DNA of 64,000 bases. Origin: Sphagnum compactum. Its lineage: Eukaryota. Of this stretch, positions 26,780-38,652 are shown piece by piece. The stretch is from contig OZ234493.1 of the NCBI GenBank assembly GCA_965153455.1, positions 17,164,213-17,228,212 on the forward strand, given 5' to 3'. Both the position numbers and the translations under genes were made by a program. Each line of letters starts with the position of its first letter. The stretch's first letter is position 1. The notes under the pieces were generated by a model. It saw only the letters and a list, made by a program, of their open reading frames with translations. It did no database searches and was not told where the DNA came from.

Positions 26780-28327
26780 GAAATATAATATTTTAAAATA
26801 ATTAATAAATATTGAATATTAATTTATGGCTAATTTATTTAATCACTATTAACTAAAAATATATTAAATAATTAGCCCTTGGTACAAATTAATAAATATA
26901 ATTCAATATTTTGAATTAATTAATTAAAATAATCAATTTCATAATTATCTAAAAATAATAATGTAATAAATATTATGGTCCTATTTTTTGTGATTGATGT
27001 TCAATTGTTATGTTAATAATATTTCACTATATTGGAATTCACAATATTATGTTGGTATACATACATATTAAACCATAGAATTTCATAAAAGGTGAAAGTC
27101 TATTTTTGAATTGAAATTAAAAGCAATGTGTATATTTGATTAAACATTGAAGAAGGGTGTGCATATGAATATGTCTTTATATACCTCAATGTCTTTTATT
27201 CAAATTCATGTTTATTATTTAATATTTCAAAATGAATTATTTGTTATTAATTTTTAAATTAGTAATTAGTATGTAACATACTTAATTACCATGAACTAAT
27301 TAAATAAACTAAATAATAAATTATTCATATGAATTCATTAATAAAATTTAGTTAATTATCATTTGATTAATTTAGATAATAAATTATTGATTATCTAATA
27401 AATAATTACTTCAACTCATTAACTAATTATATAAATTTAATTAATTAATTCAAATAATTATGTCAAATTATTAATTATAAATTTCAAATTAATTACAAAA
27501 TTAAAATCAAACAAAAAACATGTGGGAATTTTTTTTGTGATTACGATTTAATTGTAGCTAGGGTGCCATTAAAAGATTTAACTTATATGTTTTGTTTTCA
27601 ATATCTCATTTCACAAACTATGTAAAGAAGGTGTCTCCTTTTACATTCTCACATTAAAATACATGTGTCATGTTGGGATGAGCCCATAAAAGCTTAATCT
27701 TAAAAGAAAAACAGATAATTTTTTTTAAAACTTATGTGATTACTTTTTAGTTCACCTACTATTCTAATATTCTACCTTCCTACCTACCTACTTGCCTACC
27801 TAAATAAGTAGTTCCTACTTTTTTACCTACTTAGATAGTAAATAAGTAGGTAAGTAAGTAGGTGGATAAAAGTTATATCAATCTACCTACCAATGGCTAT
27901 GTACTAACGTACCTAGGTACATATATATATTTATTTCCAAAATTCAATTAATATGCCATGTGGAAATTTTTGATTATGCAATGTGTCATAATCTAAGACT
28001 ATCTAAAATGAATAATCATAATGGAAGACGGATATCAATACTTCAAAAAAATCATGAAAAATCTTCATAATGCCATGTGTTAAAATTTGATGGATGGATG
28101 AAAAATGACGTCAACATGACATTATGGTTATACTCATAGGGGAATTGCATAGTAGTTGAAAAAAAGTTATTACAACAAAATTACAATTGAGTTGTAATGA
28201 GTTGCAGCTTTTGCAACTCTTGCAACTTGTCCAATGACCCTATAAATATAGTGAGTTGTAAGTGTCCAATGTAATTCAAAAATTGAGTTGCAAGGCTAAT
28301 TGCAAAACATTCCTTTTTTATATAGTG
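26780..28327. mobile_element. Probable non-autonomous CACTA remnant (right end visible)
   Basis: Ends in ...TTTTTTATATAGTG (reverse complement starts CACTA) after a cluster of TTGCAAC/GTTGCA subterminal motifs. AT-rich body and TACCTA/TAGGTA tracts resemble the 29510-31783 element. Left end not established. Confidence 0.45.
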
Positions 28328-28662
28328 TTTATACATATTCAAGTATGCAAAATGGGTTTTGGAAGTATGTACTAAGATTTTTTGTACATTAAATGTTCTA
28401 CTATTCTTCCAAATAACTACAATTTATACAAGTTGCACAATACAATAAATTGATTTAATTGTTACAATACACCTACACATAAGTTGTAAATTAGTGCAAA
28501 GAAATTGCAACAATCAGACATTTTTAATTGGACATTACAATTCAATGGACAAGTTGCACTAGGTTCATCAAACATGTTTATAAATAAGGAATAAATATCT
28601 GACTAATTGATAGTTGGGAGATGAGTTGAGCTTATAGCTCTTCTTTGTTGTACAGTCATACA

Positions 28663-28960
28663 CTACGCAAGTTCGCACTCCATATCCACGCACTTGCCTT
28701 CCAAGTGGTTGTCAAACTTTGCAAATCCAAAGCTCTTGTAGCAATTTGGGTGTACAAGACCTTCACATAAATTGTCCTTGCACTGTGTGTTCTTTTTGAA
28801 CCATATACTAGCACACCATGCATGATAAAGATGGTCACAACTAGAGACAATGATGTCCTTAAAAGGAAAACTAACTTCACAAAGTGAGCAACAACTCAAG
28901 GTTATAATATCAAGTCTCATATCACATACATTGATTGGTTAACATATAGGATAAGGGTTA
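28663..28960 (-). pseudogene. RING-finger-like coding fragment
   Basis: CSLC-x12-CDHLYHAWC-x9-CKDNLC Cys/His arrangement in ORF 28663-28920; lies between CACTA-type repeats. Confidence 0.55.
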
Positions 28961-29509
28961 GGTACATCAACTACTTTTTGCCCTTTCTTCAACAGTAACT
29001 AGTGGGCATATAAGAATCAAAGTAACACTAATCTCCTACACTTGCATTAGATGAGAAGTTTGAATATTTCACACAATAGGAACCTTTACATCAACATGAA
29101 GCATTAGAACAACCTCACCCATTTGTGCAATAGACAACACCTAAGCCAAAACCAGTTCAACACGCACTTTTGACAAAACAACAAAGGTAGTTTCTATAAA
29201 AAAAATACAAATTTTGGAAATGCTGAAAGTTTCAAATTTTATTTTTCTCAAAAATAAATTGTGGAGGAAATTGAAAAATATTTTTATTTTTGAAATGGAA
29301 CTTTCAATTTTAATTAATTATTCAACAAACATGTGTTAAAGCCACCCCTCTACTATAATCTTATGCAATGTTTATTGGTGGGGTAGGGAGAATTAGTTAG
29401 CTACTCTAAGAATTGACCTGAGAATTGGGACATCTAGTAGAGGAACGAAAACACCCCAACAAAGAAAATAGTCCCACCTATGTGACTCCATGTTTCTTTT
29501 AGTAAATTT

Positions 29510-31783
29510 CATTACTAGAAATTTTGGGTTTTACAGCTGTCATTTGCAACTAAAATTCAATTGCATGTGACACATGCAACTGCAAATTTGTGTGGTTGCC
29601 TAAAACAAGTTGCACATGACATGCAGTTGCATGCGACATTACGTATGCGACATGTATATACGGTGTTAGTATACATGTTCATACATACATACCAATACAG
29701 TATAGTTGCACCTTATGTGCAACTTTCTTTGCAACTACATGCAACTAATCAAAACATGACACATGTTTAAAAATTAAACAACTAGCTTGTGGACACGTGT
29801 TATTATTTAACTTCTTTTTGTTTTCAAAATTAAAAATTCATTGGATTAATCTCAATCATTAAAGTTTTTGCCATTAGGATGATGACACGTGGCACACCAT
29901 GGAACGTTCATTGACTATTTGACATGTGTTCAATATTTTTAACACCAATTATATGGTGACATGTGGCAATCAAAGCTCACCTATTTTTAATTTTTAAAAT
30001 ATTAATTAATGAAATCTATGGTTAATAAGATGTTGACACGTGGTGCCTAGGTAGGTAATAATAATTAAACCCCATTAAATAAGTAGGTTTATTTAGGTAT
30101 GTAAGTACGTTGAAAAATAGCTAGGCTTAGGCTATATGAGTAGGTTTAGATTAATCCAATTTTATTTTTAGGTTTGACCATTTCATAAAGGTCAAATTTT
30201 TTTCATTCACTCATCCCCAATGGCACTTAGTATTTGGTTTCAACATAACTATTGCTCCTATTTATATATTGAGCCAAATAGAATTGGAAGCCAAAGGATA
30301 TGGGTTAAAACATTCCACTGCAAACCTCATGAACCAACCTAGTTGCACATTAGATGCAACTACTGTATTAAAGTATAACAGCCAGGGGAGGGCTCTGTTG
30401 CTTTTGGTGTCCAAACAAAACTTTAAGCCCTCCTCTTGGCGCATCTAACACACTAAAAATTGTTGAAAACAGATTAGAAATGAGAAAGTTATGGCCCCCC
30501 AAAGTAAATCAAAAAATTCAAAAAAGAAACTATTGAGGCCGGTTCTTAAACACCCAGAAAGTTCATTTTATGTTGTTTTTTTGCTATTAGAGTTCCAATA
30601 TGATTTATAGAACTTCAGATGGCGCTCCTATAGCACTTTAAATCGTTTAAAATGAATAAGAAATAAGAAAGTCATGAGCTTTGAAAGTAGGAGGGGTCCT
30701 AAGAAAAAAACAAAAACCAAAACGTTTTATAATTTGGAAAGCTTATTTATTTATTTATTTTTCTCGTTAGTTTTTCATTACTCCTTTTCTTTTGCATTTC
30801 AAAGGTGATTTTAGGATATTTAATAATTATGATTACTTGATGAAAATATGATTTTAATATTATTATCTATTTTAAATTAATAATTAACTTAGGACATTTG
30901 TATACTTATAGGTCAATTAATGTAGCCTATTTACATTAATATAATAAAATTTAAATATGTAATACCTATTGATTATATATATATATAATTGATTATCACT
31001 ATAATTATAATTATAATTTAATTAATAATTATGATTATTTATAATAATTTTTTGTTTAATCAAATGTGCATTTTTTGAAAAAAAAATCCAAAATAAAATA
31101 AAGTCATACATATTTAAACCATGGTTTAGTTTAATTTAATTTAGCTTAATTTAGTTTATTCATAAATATTATAGCCTAACTTAATTTAACCACAATTAGT
31201 TTGGCCTAACTTAATTTAACCATATTTATTTTAGCCTAGTTTAATTTAGTTTAATTTAGTTTAGCCATAATTAATATACTTTAATTTAATTTAGCTTAAT
31301 TTGATTTAATTTAATTTATTTTATTTTAGCCATAACTAGTTTAATTTAGTTTAATTTAACCATTGTTAATTTAACTTGATTTAATTTAGCTTAATTTAAA
31401 TTATCCATAATTAGTTTAACCTAATTTAATTTAGCCATGGTTAGTTTAACTATGGTTATTTTAACCTAAGTTAATTTAGGCTAGCCTAAGTTAGCATGGG
31501 GTTAACCTTAGTACTAGAGGTACATAATACTATTATATATAGCCTATGTAGATATAGTAAGCATAGTATTTAAGTATGTATAAGTTTAGGCCATTATTTT
31601 TATGACACATGTCCATGTTGTACACATTTAGTTGCATGTTATTTGCACACACAACCGTATGGCCCAAAATTTATACAATACCAAATTTGTAGTTGCAAAC
31701 ATGACCAAGATAGTTACAAACGACAACCAGTTGCATGCCAGTTACATAGTGACTGGTTGCAAATGACAAGATTTCTAGTAGTG
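29510..31783. mobile_element. Non-autonomous CACTA (En/Spm) element, 2274 bp
   Basis: Left CATTACTAGAAAT and right ATTTCTAGTAGTG (reverse complement CACTACTAGAAAT); 3-bp TSD TTT on both sides; TGCAAC/GTTGCA subterminal repeats. Confidence 0.85.
31120..31500. repeat. Degenerate (TTAAT/TTAGC)n low-complexity tandem array inside the CACTA element
   Basis: Repeated 5-10 nt units such as ttaatttagc and ttaatttaac. Confidence 0.8.
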
Positions 31784-34244
31784 TTTTCAATGCAGCCAAA
31801 GCAAGATCATCCATAAGAAGGTGTAGAAAAAGTGGCCATCGTCATGGGGAGGATTTAGCCAAATATGATTATAACCCAAATATGAAATGCAAAGATTTAG
31901 TCATCCTTCTATATTTTTGGTTATACATATAGAAATATAATATGGGTATCTAACAATTTGTATTATTTATTCTTTCACTTCTAACCTTTTTTTTCATTTC
32001 CAAGCTTTTTATTTCAAATTGTGGTGAGTTAAAATAAAGGTTGATCTCAATAAAGATGCTTGCAATTATTACTCTCCATTAGCCATAGGGAACTTGCCTC
32101 CTTGGGCATGAGGATTTCTGGTTCTAAAGATAATTTTCTCCAAATTTTAAGTGTAACCAATTCCAACAATTTGATTCAACATGCTTCACAAAGGAATCCA
32201 TGATCACAAGCAAGTAGCCATAAACCCATGCCATGACCAAGATGGTTGGATGTTTATTTGCAATTGTTCATAATAAAGCATAAGACAAAGGAAGTAATTG
32301 GCCATGTACTAAAGTGAAACCTTTTGGCAAGGAGCAGAGGTGTCAACAAATTCTTGCCATCACGTCAGCACGAAATTCATCAGAAAAGCACATTTCAAGT
32401 CCAAATTATGGTGTTCCAATTGACAGGCTTCAATGAGGCTATTTGGGGGACATGGGTCTTCTTCGCAACATGATGCTCAGATATATGGCTTAAATGGCTT
32501 ATGTTGAGTACTAACCAATTGATACTTATGACGATAATAATTTTTCATTCATTATGCAACCTTATTCTACAAGGTTTCACCCATTTGGTAACATCCCCCC
32601 CCCCCCCCCATTTTCCAACTTCAAACTTTCTATCCATTGTGTGATTTTCTTTTTCAAATTTTCCTCCACCATGCAATATTTCTTAGCACGTGGAAAATTT
32701 TATCAAATGGATGAAAGTTTGTAAAAATGTTGCATGATGGATGAGAATTTGTCGACTGAAGATGAAAAGACGTAATTCATCCATTATGTGCAACCTTTGA
32801 AATATTCATCATGCAATGTTCCCACCTTCCTTTGGGGAAAAGAATGAGAAGTTGAATAGCAATATGTCATTAGGGGGGTGGGGGGGGTCCAAAGAAAAAA
32901 GAAAACCCTTGATTCAAATGGCAACTCCCAAGGAGACAACCTCTTGACAAGCCAAAAAGGGAAAAAAAAAGAAAATACATGCCCAAGAAAACTTCAAAGA
33001 AAAAAATTGCCTGCCAAAAAAAAGAAAAACACACTTAACAAGCAAAAAGAAAAATAGAGGGGGACAACTTCCCCAGGGAAGGTTGTACAATGTTGCCATT
33101 AAAACCTTCTTAAGGCATCACAACCATTGCTCCCCAACACTTTTGTCAGGGAAGGTGTTATGTAATGTTGCTTAGAAAACATTGCCTTCCATAGGCAATA
33201 TTACCTTTTTAAGGCAACACAACCATTGCTCCTCAACTGTTTATTTGCCCAAGTTGTTCAGGGAGCACCCCATCTTTCTCCTTTCTTAAATGAAATCCAT
33301 TTGAGAAAAAGATGTGTCCATAAAAAGATTTGAAGCTTGGACCTCAAACATAATAGAAAGTCTCAACCATTATGCCATAATCTTTTTTTCAAAAACTAAA
33401 TTATGTGAGTCTAGCTAAAACAATTATCACAATTTATGTACCACTACAACAAAAAAGGGGCATATTGCGATCCAAATATCATCGCAAACAACAAAGAAAT
33501 CAGTTTCCGAAAACCCGCAGTTCCGAACAACAATTCCTCGCAAACTCTTAAGCCTTTGCGAAACCCTCACCTTCGCACCCGTACAATCGCAAGCTCTTCG
33601 CAACTACCGAAACTAAACCAATCGCAAAACATTTCCGATTATAATGTCTTCTATACATGATTTGTGATTCACAATACATCGAAAATTATTTGCAACAAAG
33701 CCAACATCGCAACGACTTAGCGAATTGACTCAAAACTCTATCGGTTTTCGATATAACGTCTAACGCAAACGTTTTGCGATGTTCGACATGCCGCTACGCA
33801 TTTGCGATAAAACTAACATCGGAAACTTTTTGAAACAAACTCATCAACGCTACAACTTAGCGAATTGACTCAAAACTCTATCGGTTTCCGATATAAGATC
33901 TAACGCAAAGAGTTTGCGATTCACAAAATGCCGCTAAAAGTTTGCAAAATGTAGGATTTCGCAAACCTGTTCTGGAATGATTTTAACCGTCTGAGTTTAA
34001 CTATGTCTGTGAGATGGTATATTTGGTCTTTTGGCTTTTGCAGTGTTGCGAAGCAATATGACTCGCAAATAGTTTTGAGATCGACTGTGTATCGTAAGAG
34101 CATGGCACTGTATTCTTATTTTGTACGCAGGGTTTAGATTCATTTGGAGTCCCTTTGGGCCGGAAAAAAAAAATCTATATCAAAATTTCAAAAGTTACAA
34201 TGTAAAAGGGTTTGTAAGTCTCGGGTATCTAACACACTAGCTGT

Positions 34245-36034
34245 CTATCTAGACCTCCTTCCCCTCTTGGATTTCTTCCTTGAATCTTTCTTCCTAGTGT
34301 TCTCTGGTGGAGGGGGAGGCTGCTCATCCTCCTCCCTCTCTTCATCGTCCCCCTGCCCCTCCTCCTCGTCGTCCTCCTCCTCCCTACCCACGCCCCCTAC
34401 AGAACCTGCATTTCGACTAGCAAATGAACTGGGTCCACTACTAATGGTAGCTACACTGGGGGGAGCAGTGCTAGCGCCTCTCTCCTCCTCATCACTGCTG
34501 CCCTGAGAGCTCTCACTCTCACCCTCAGATGCCTGCATTTCAACATGCAAAGCTTAGTCAACAATGAAAATCTTGATTCAAATGAAATCAATCTCAACAC
34601 AAACAGAAATTCAATCCCAACCAAACCCACTCACCAATAGTGCATCAACATGTTCAAAAAGATGCTCCTTGCCATGCTCCTGGCCCATTGTCATTTCTGC
34701 AGCTGTGATCTTCCTCTTGTACCTCTTGTACTGTCCCCATAAAACAACAAGTCAAAAAAAACGCATATTTGCGAAGCGTAGACCTTCGCATATTTTAACT
34801 TGCGAAGCAGTTTGCGATTTGTTCAAGTCTACAAACTCTTTTGCGAAGCGCAGACTTTCGCATACTATATCTTGTGAAGCAGTTTGCGAAACAAATAGCA
34901 TCGTACCTTTGCGAACTAAAAGCCATTTGACACATCTTTGCGATGCAATTCGCATCGCAAAAGGTATCCCAAACAGTCCTATGTGACTCGACAGAAACAA
35001 ATATTTGCAGAAAAAAAATGGAGGAGAGGGAGGGTACTTACAAATGCTGCTTTGAGGCCGGGAATGCCACCTTGCCCTAGCCTGTGGGTGGTGGGTGGAA
35101 CCAATTTCACTCGCTCTGCTGCCTTGAGGAACTTCAATGGTGGATCACCGACCTCGTCCACCACTGATTGGCATTCAGCAAGCTTCGACTCCAGTGCCTT
35201 CAGGTCACGGTTAGAACTCCTAGACTCTCGTGCCTTCTTGGCCTTGGCTAGCTGCTCTGTGATCTCCTTCACCTGCCTTGCTGCTTTCAGCTACACCTCA
35301 GACTGGTAGAAGGCATTCCAGATGTCTTCTGAGAACTAAAGCGGCCTCTCCAAGTTCTTGTACACATTCAGGTCTCTCAGGTGAGCACGAATCTTCATCC
35401 TGTCATGGTATCTTGCTTGAGACATTAAATTGGAAATCTTGTCTGCAATCCACTGTGAATCAAGCTCTCCTCCATTTCGAAATGCTCCCTTGACCTGATT
35501 TATCACTCTCCTCTGCTCTACCTTTGAGAGAGTGCCCCACTCAACTCCTCGTGCAAAGTTGGTAGAGACAATGTGCCTAATGGTGCTCTTGGCCCCAGTG
35601 TATGCCAGCTTGGTTGGAATTCCCTCCTCTGCCAATGTTATCAGAAGGAGCTTCTTCTTCTCCTCCTCCTTCTTCTTCAGATCGAGCTTCTTCTTTCTGA
35701 TGGCATTCCTCTCATCCTTCCTCCTTTTCTTCTCAAACGTTCTAGGTGAGAGAGCTCCTGTTGTTGCTCTCTCATCTCTCTTTCTCTTCTTCTCTGCTAC
35801 CTTGGCTTCTGTAGCCTTCCTTACCTCCTCCTCTCTTTATGCTTCCCCAGCAGTCAGCCCTGCTTGCAATGCTTGACCTAAGATGGCTGTCACGGATGCC
35901 AGCCCTTCAGGTGTCCTAGTATCGATTACAAACAGCTCTGAAGCTCTCAAGTGATCAGCCACCATCTTCTTCAACCTTTCCTCATTGTTCTCACCTCCTC
36001 TAGACCCAGAACCCCCTCCACCAATCCCAGCCAT
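34245..36034 (-). pseudogene. CACTA second-ORF (TnpA/Ptta-like) gene, 3 exons, with premature stops
   Basis: Exons 36034-35042, 34730-34635 and 34532-34245 joined in phase 0 by GTAAGT/GTGAGT..CAG introns. Has an HRLGQGG motif, a K/R-rich region and an acidic/basic tail. In-frame TAA (35837) and two TAGs (35336 and ~35291); the duplicate copy has CAA where this copy has TAA. Confidence 0.7.
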
Positions 36035-37160
36035 TGCAATCCGCCCCCTCGTGTCTGCCCAAGCTTTCCTTCTACAATTCTCGAGCAATGTCGAGAATGA
36101 GTTCAAATTCACTCGCCGTGGTACTCTAGTCTAGACCCCCAGAAAGCTTGGGCAGACACCTTATTCCGTTCCAGCTTAAGGACTTTCGGAAATTCAGGGC
36201 TTGCGATGTAACCCGCATCGCAACCTGCGATACGGTATTGCTCGCAATGGCCGTGCAATGCTCTTCGTATCGCAACGTTGGATGGTTGCGAAGTCGGGGG
36301 CTTCGCTAACGTCGGCGGAAGTTAAAGGTTTTAGGGCTTTGGTTTCAATAACGGATGCAGATGCGAAAACGAATGCGATGGTAGGGGGTTCGCAAGGGGT
36401 TCGCAAATTTTTAGGGTTTAAGGTTTCTTCTCGAAAGTTATAGGTCAGAGAGCTCCTGTTGTTGCTCTCTCATCTCTCTTTCTCTTCTTCTCTGCTGCCT
36501 TGGTTTCTGCAGCCTTCCTTGCCTCCTCCTCTCTTTGTGCTTCCCCAGCAGTCAGCCCTGCTTGCAATGCTTGACCTAAGATGGCTGTCATGGATGCCAG
36601 CCCTTCAGGTGTCCTAGTATCGATTGCAAACAGCTCTGAAGCTCTCAAGTGATCAACCACCATCTTCCTCAACCTTTCCTCATTGTTGTCACCTCCTCTA
36701 GACCCAGAACCCCCTCCACCAATCCCAGCCATTGCAATCCGCCCCCTCCTGCCTACCCAAGCTTTCCTTCGACAATTCTTGAGCAATGCCGAGAATGAGT
36801 TCAAATTCACTTGCCGTGGTACTCTAGTCTAGACCCCCAGAAAGCTTGGGTAGACACCTTATTCCGTTCCAGCTTAAGGACTTTCGAAAATTCAGGGCTT
36901 GCGATGTAACCTGCATCGCAACCTGCAATACGGTATTGCTCGCAACGGTCGTGCAATGCTCTTCGTATCGCAACGTTGGATGGTTGCGAAGTCGGGGGCT
37001 TCGCTAACGTAGGAGGAAGTTAAATGTTTTAGGGCTTTGGTTTAAGTAACGTATGCAGATGCGAAAAGGAATGCGATGGTAGGGGGTTCGCAAGAGGCTC
37101 GCAAAGTTTTAGGGTTTAGGGTTTCTTCTCGAGAGTTCTAGGTCAGAGAGCTCCTGTTGT
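35726..37160. repeat. 698-bp tandem duplication (two copies plus ~38 bp) of the TnpA-like 5' end and upstream region
   Basis: TAGGT(G/C)AGAGAGCTCCTGTTGT at 35743, 36441 and 37139; ORFs 35837-36112 and 36445-36810 are near-identical. Confidence 0.95.
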
Positions 37161-37358
37161 GCATATGCTAAAGGGTTTCGGGCAACCAATCCTATAGGCA
37201 TTGTTGAGCCCACATTGGATATAGGTATGCATTTCTTTTTGGTTTAGGTAGTCTCAATTTATGAGTTGTCAATGGTTTATATTGTTGTATCACATGATTT
37301 TTGAAAGTCTAATCTGGTCTTTGCCTTACATTTGTGCCTTACTAATGTGACAGATGAT

Positions 37359-38506
37359 ATGTCTTCCTCCTCCGTTGTCTCCACTAGTGACTCATCCTCC
37401 TCAAATGAAGGCACATTAGTTCATACGCAAGCAGAGGTGTCTCATTCTCCTCATGGTCCACCTCGGCAGCTTTGCCAATGCACCAATTGTGGTGGTCAGA
37501 TTTCACAAAAGTCATATGTTTGTGCTCAACACATTCAGCGATTTGGGCGTCATCGTGGTCTTACCCCAGGAACTTCTTCATCTCATGTGGTAAGTGTCAT
37601 TTTACCATTGTCATTTTTCCTCTTTGATACATGTTATTTTTCATGAAATCCTCTTTGAAACTATTTTCACTTCCATGGTTTGTTGTGGTTTTTTGAATGT
37701 AATAGGGTTCCTGTATGACACCAGCACCCTATGTTCTATCACAAGGGGTTTTAGCTGCCATAGGAAATGCGCTTTCGCATGCATTTGCTGTAGGGATTAG
37801 TGCCTCTCATGAGGCCAGTAATCCACATCATGAGGCAAGGCCATGTCTGCCCTCCGTTAGACAGCGATCCAAAGCACAACGTCCAAGTGAGGGTCATGCT
37901 AGGACTATTGTTGAGGGCACATGGGGTATGTGTGAATTCACTGGCAAATGTGCCAATATTATCCAGTCATGGAACCCTGCAGTTCTTGGGTTGCTTGATA
38001 GTTTGCCCTATGATGAGGAGGTTGTGGTTTGGGGTAGACGATGGATTGTTAAGACCTCTACACTTGGAGAGAGGCATGGCTATGGAGTATATGCTTGTGA
38101 GGACATCATTGTAGAGGATTCAACTAGTTGTCGTAGAGAGGGTCCTACTTTGTTCCCTTATGGTGGGCCTATCTATAAGAGAAGACATTGGAACATGATC
38201 CTCAGACAACATCCTGAGTGGAAGACCTTTGCTCTTGAGATGGACACCTTTGCTGGTAGCACTAGGAGGCATAGTGATGTGAGGGTGATAGATGGAGACC
38301 CCATACGTTCTGGAAACATTGTTGGTTTCATCAACAGTACGGTGGGGACTCGGCCTAAGCGTAAGGCTAATTGTGAGTGGGTTTTTGTTGAGGGACCTCC
38401 TCCAGCACCATATGGCGAGACTTATCATGAAGACCATTGCCTGGTGTTAGCTACTAAGACGATCAGATTAGGAGATGAGTTGTTTACACACTATGAGTGG
38501 AATTAG
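37359..38506 (+). CDS. Transposon-borne SET/PR-domain protein (putative lysine methyltransferase) with N-terminal CxCxxC..H motif; 2 exons, about 343 aa
   Basis: Exon 1 37359-37589 (donor GTAAGT) and exon 2 37706-38506 (acceptor aatag) join in frame with no stops. SET motifs: VKTS..HGYGVYACEDI, PYGG, IDG..SGNIVGFINS..ANC, LVLATKTIRLGDELFTHY. Confidence 0.8.
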
Positions 38507-38652
38507 GATTCCACCATTTCTGAACTATGTACTTTGTTTAAGACATAACATACCATATCTATATACATGCATTTTGGCATTTTTTCTTTATAATGTAATA
38601 TGCAAATATGCTTGGTATATAGTTAAGATCTTCTGGATTTGGTATTGCATAG

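Noticed and set aside
33660-33960. Repeated units as a CRISPR-like array
   Set aside because: A 140-bp tandem duplication within CACTA subterminal repeats; no unique spacers or cas genes, and the context is eukaryotic.
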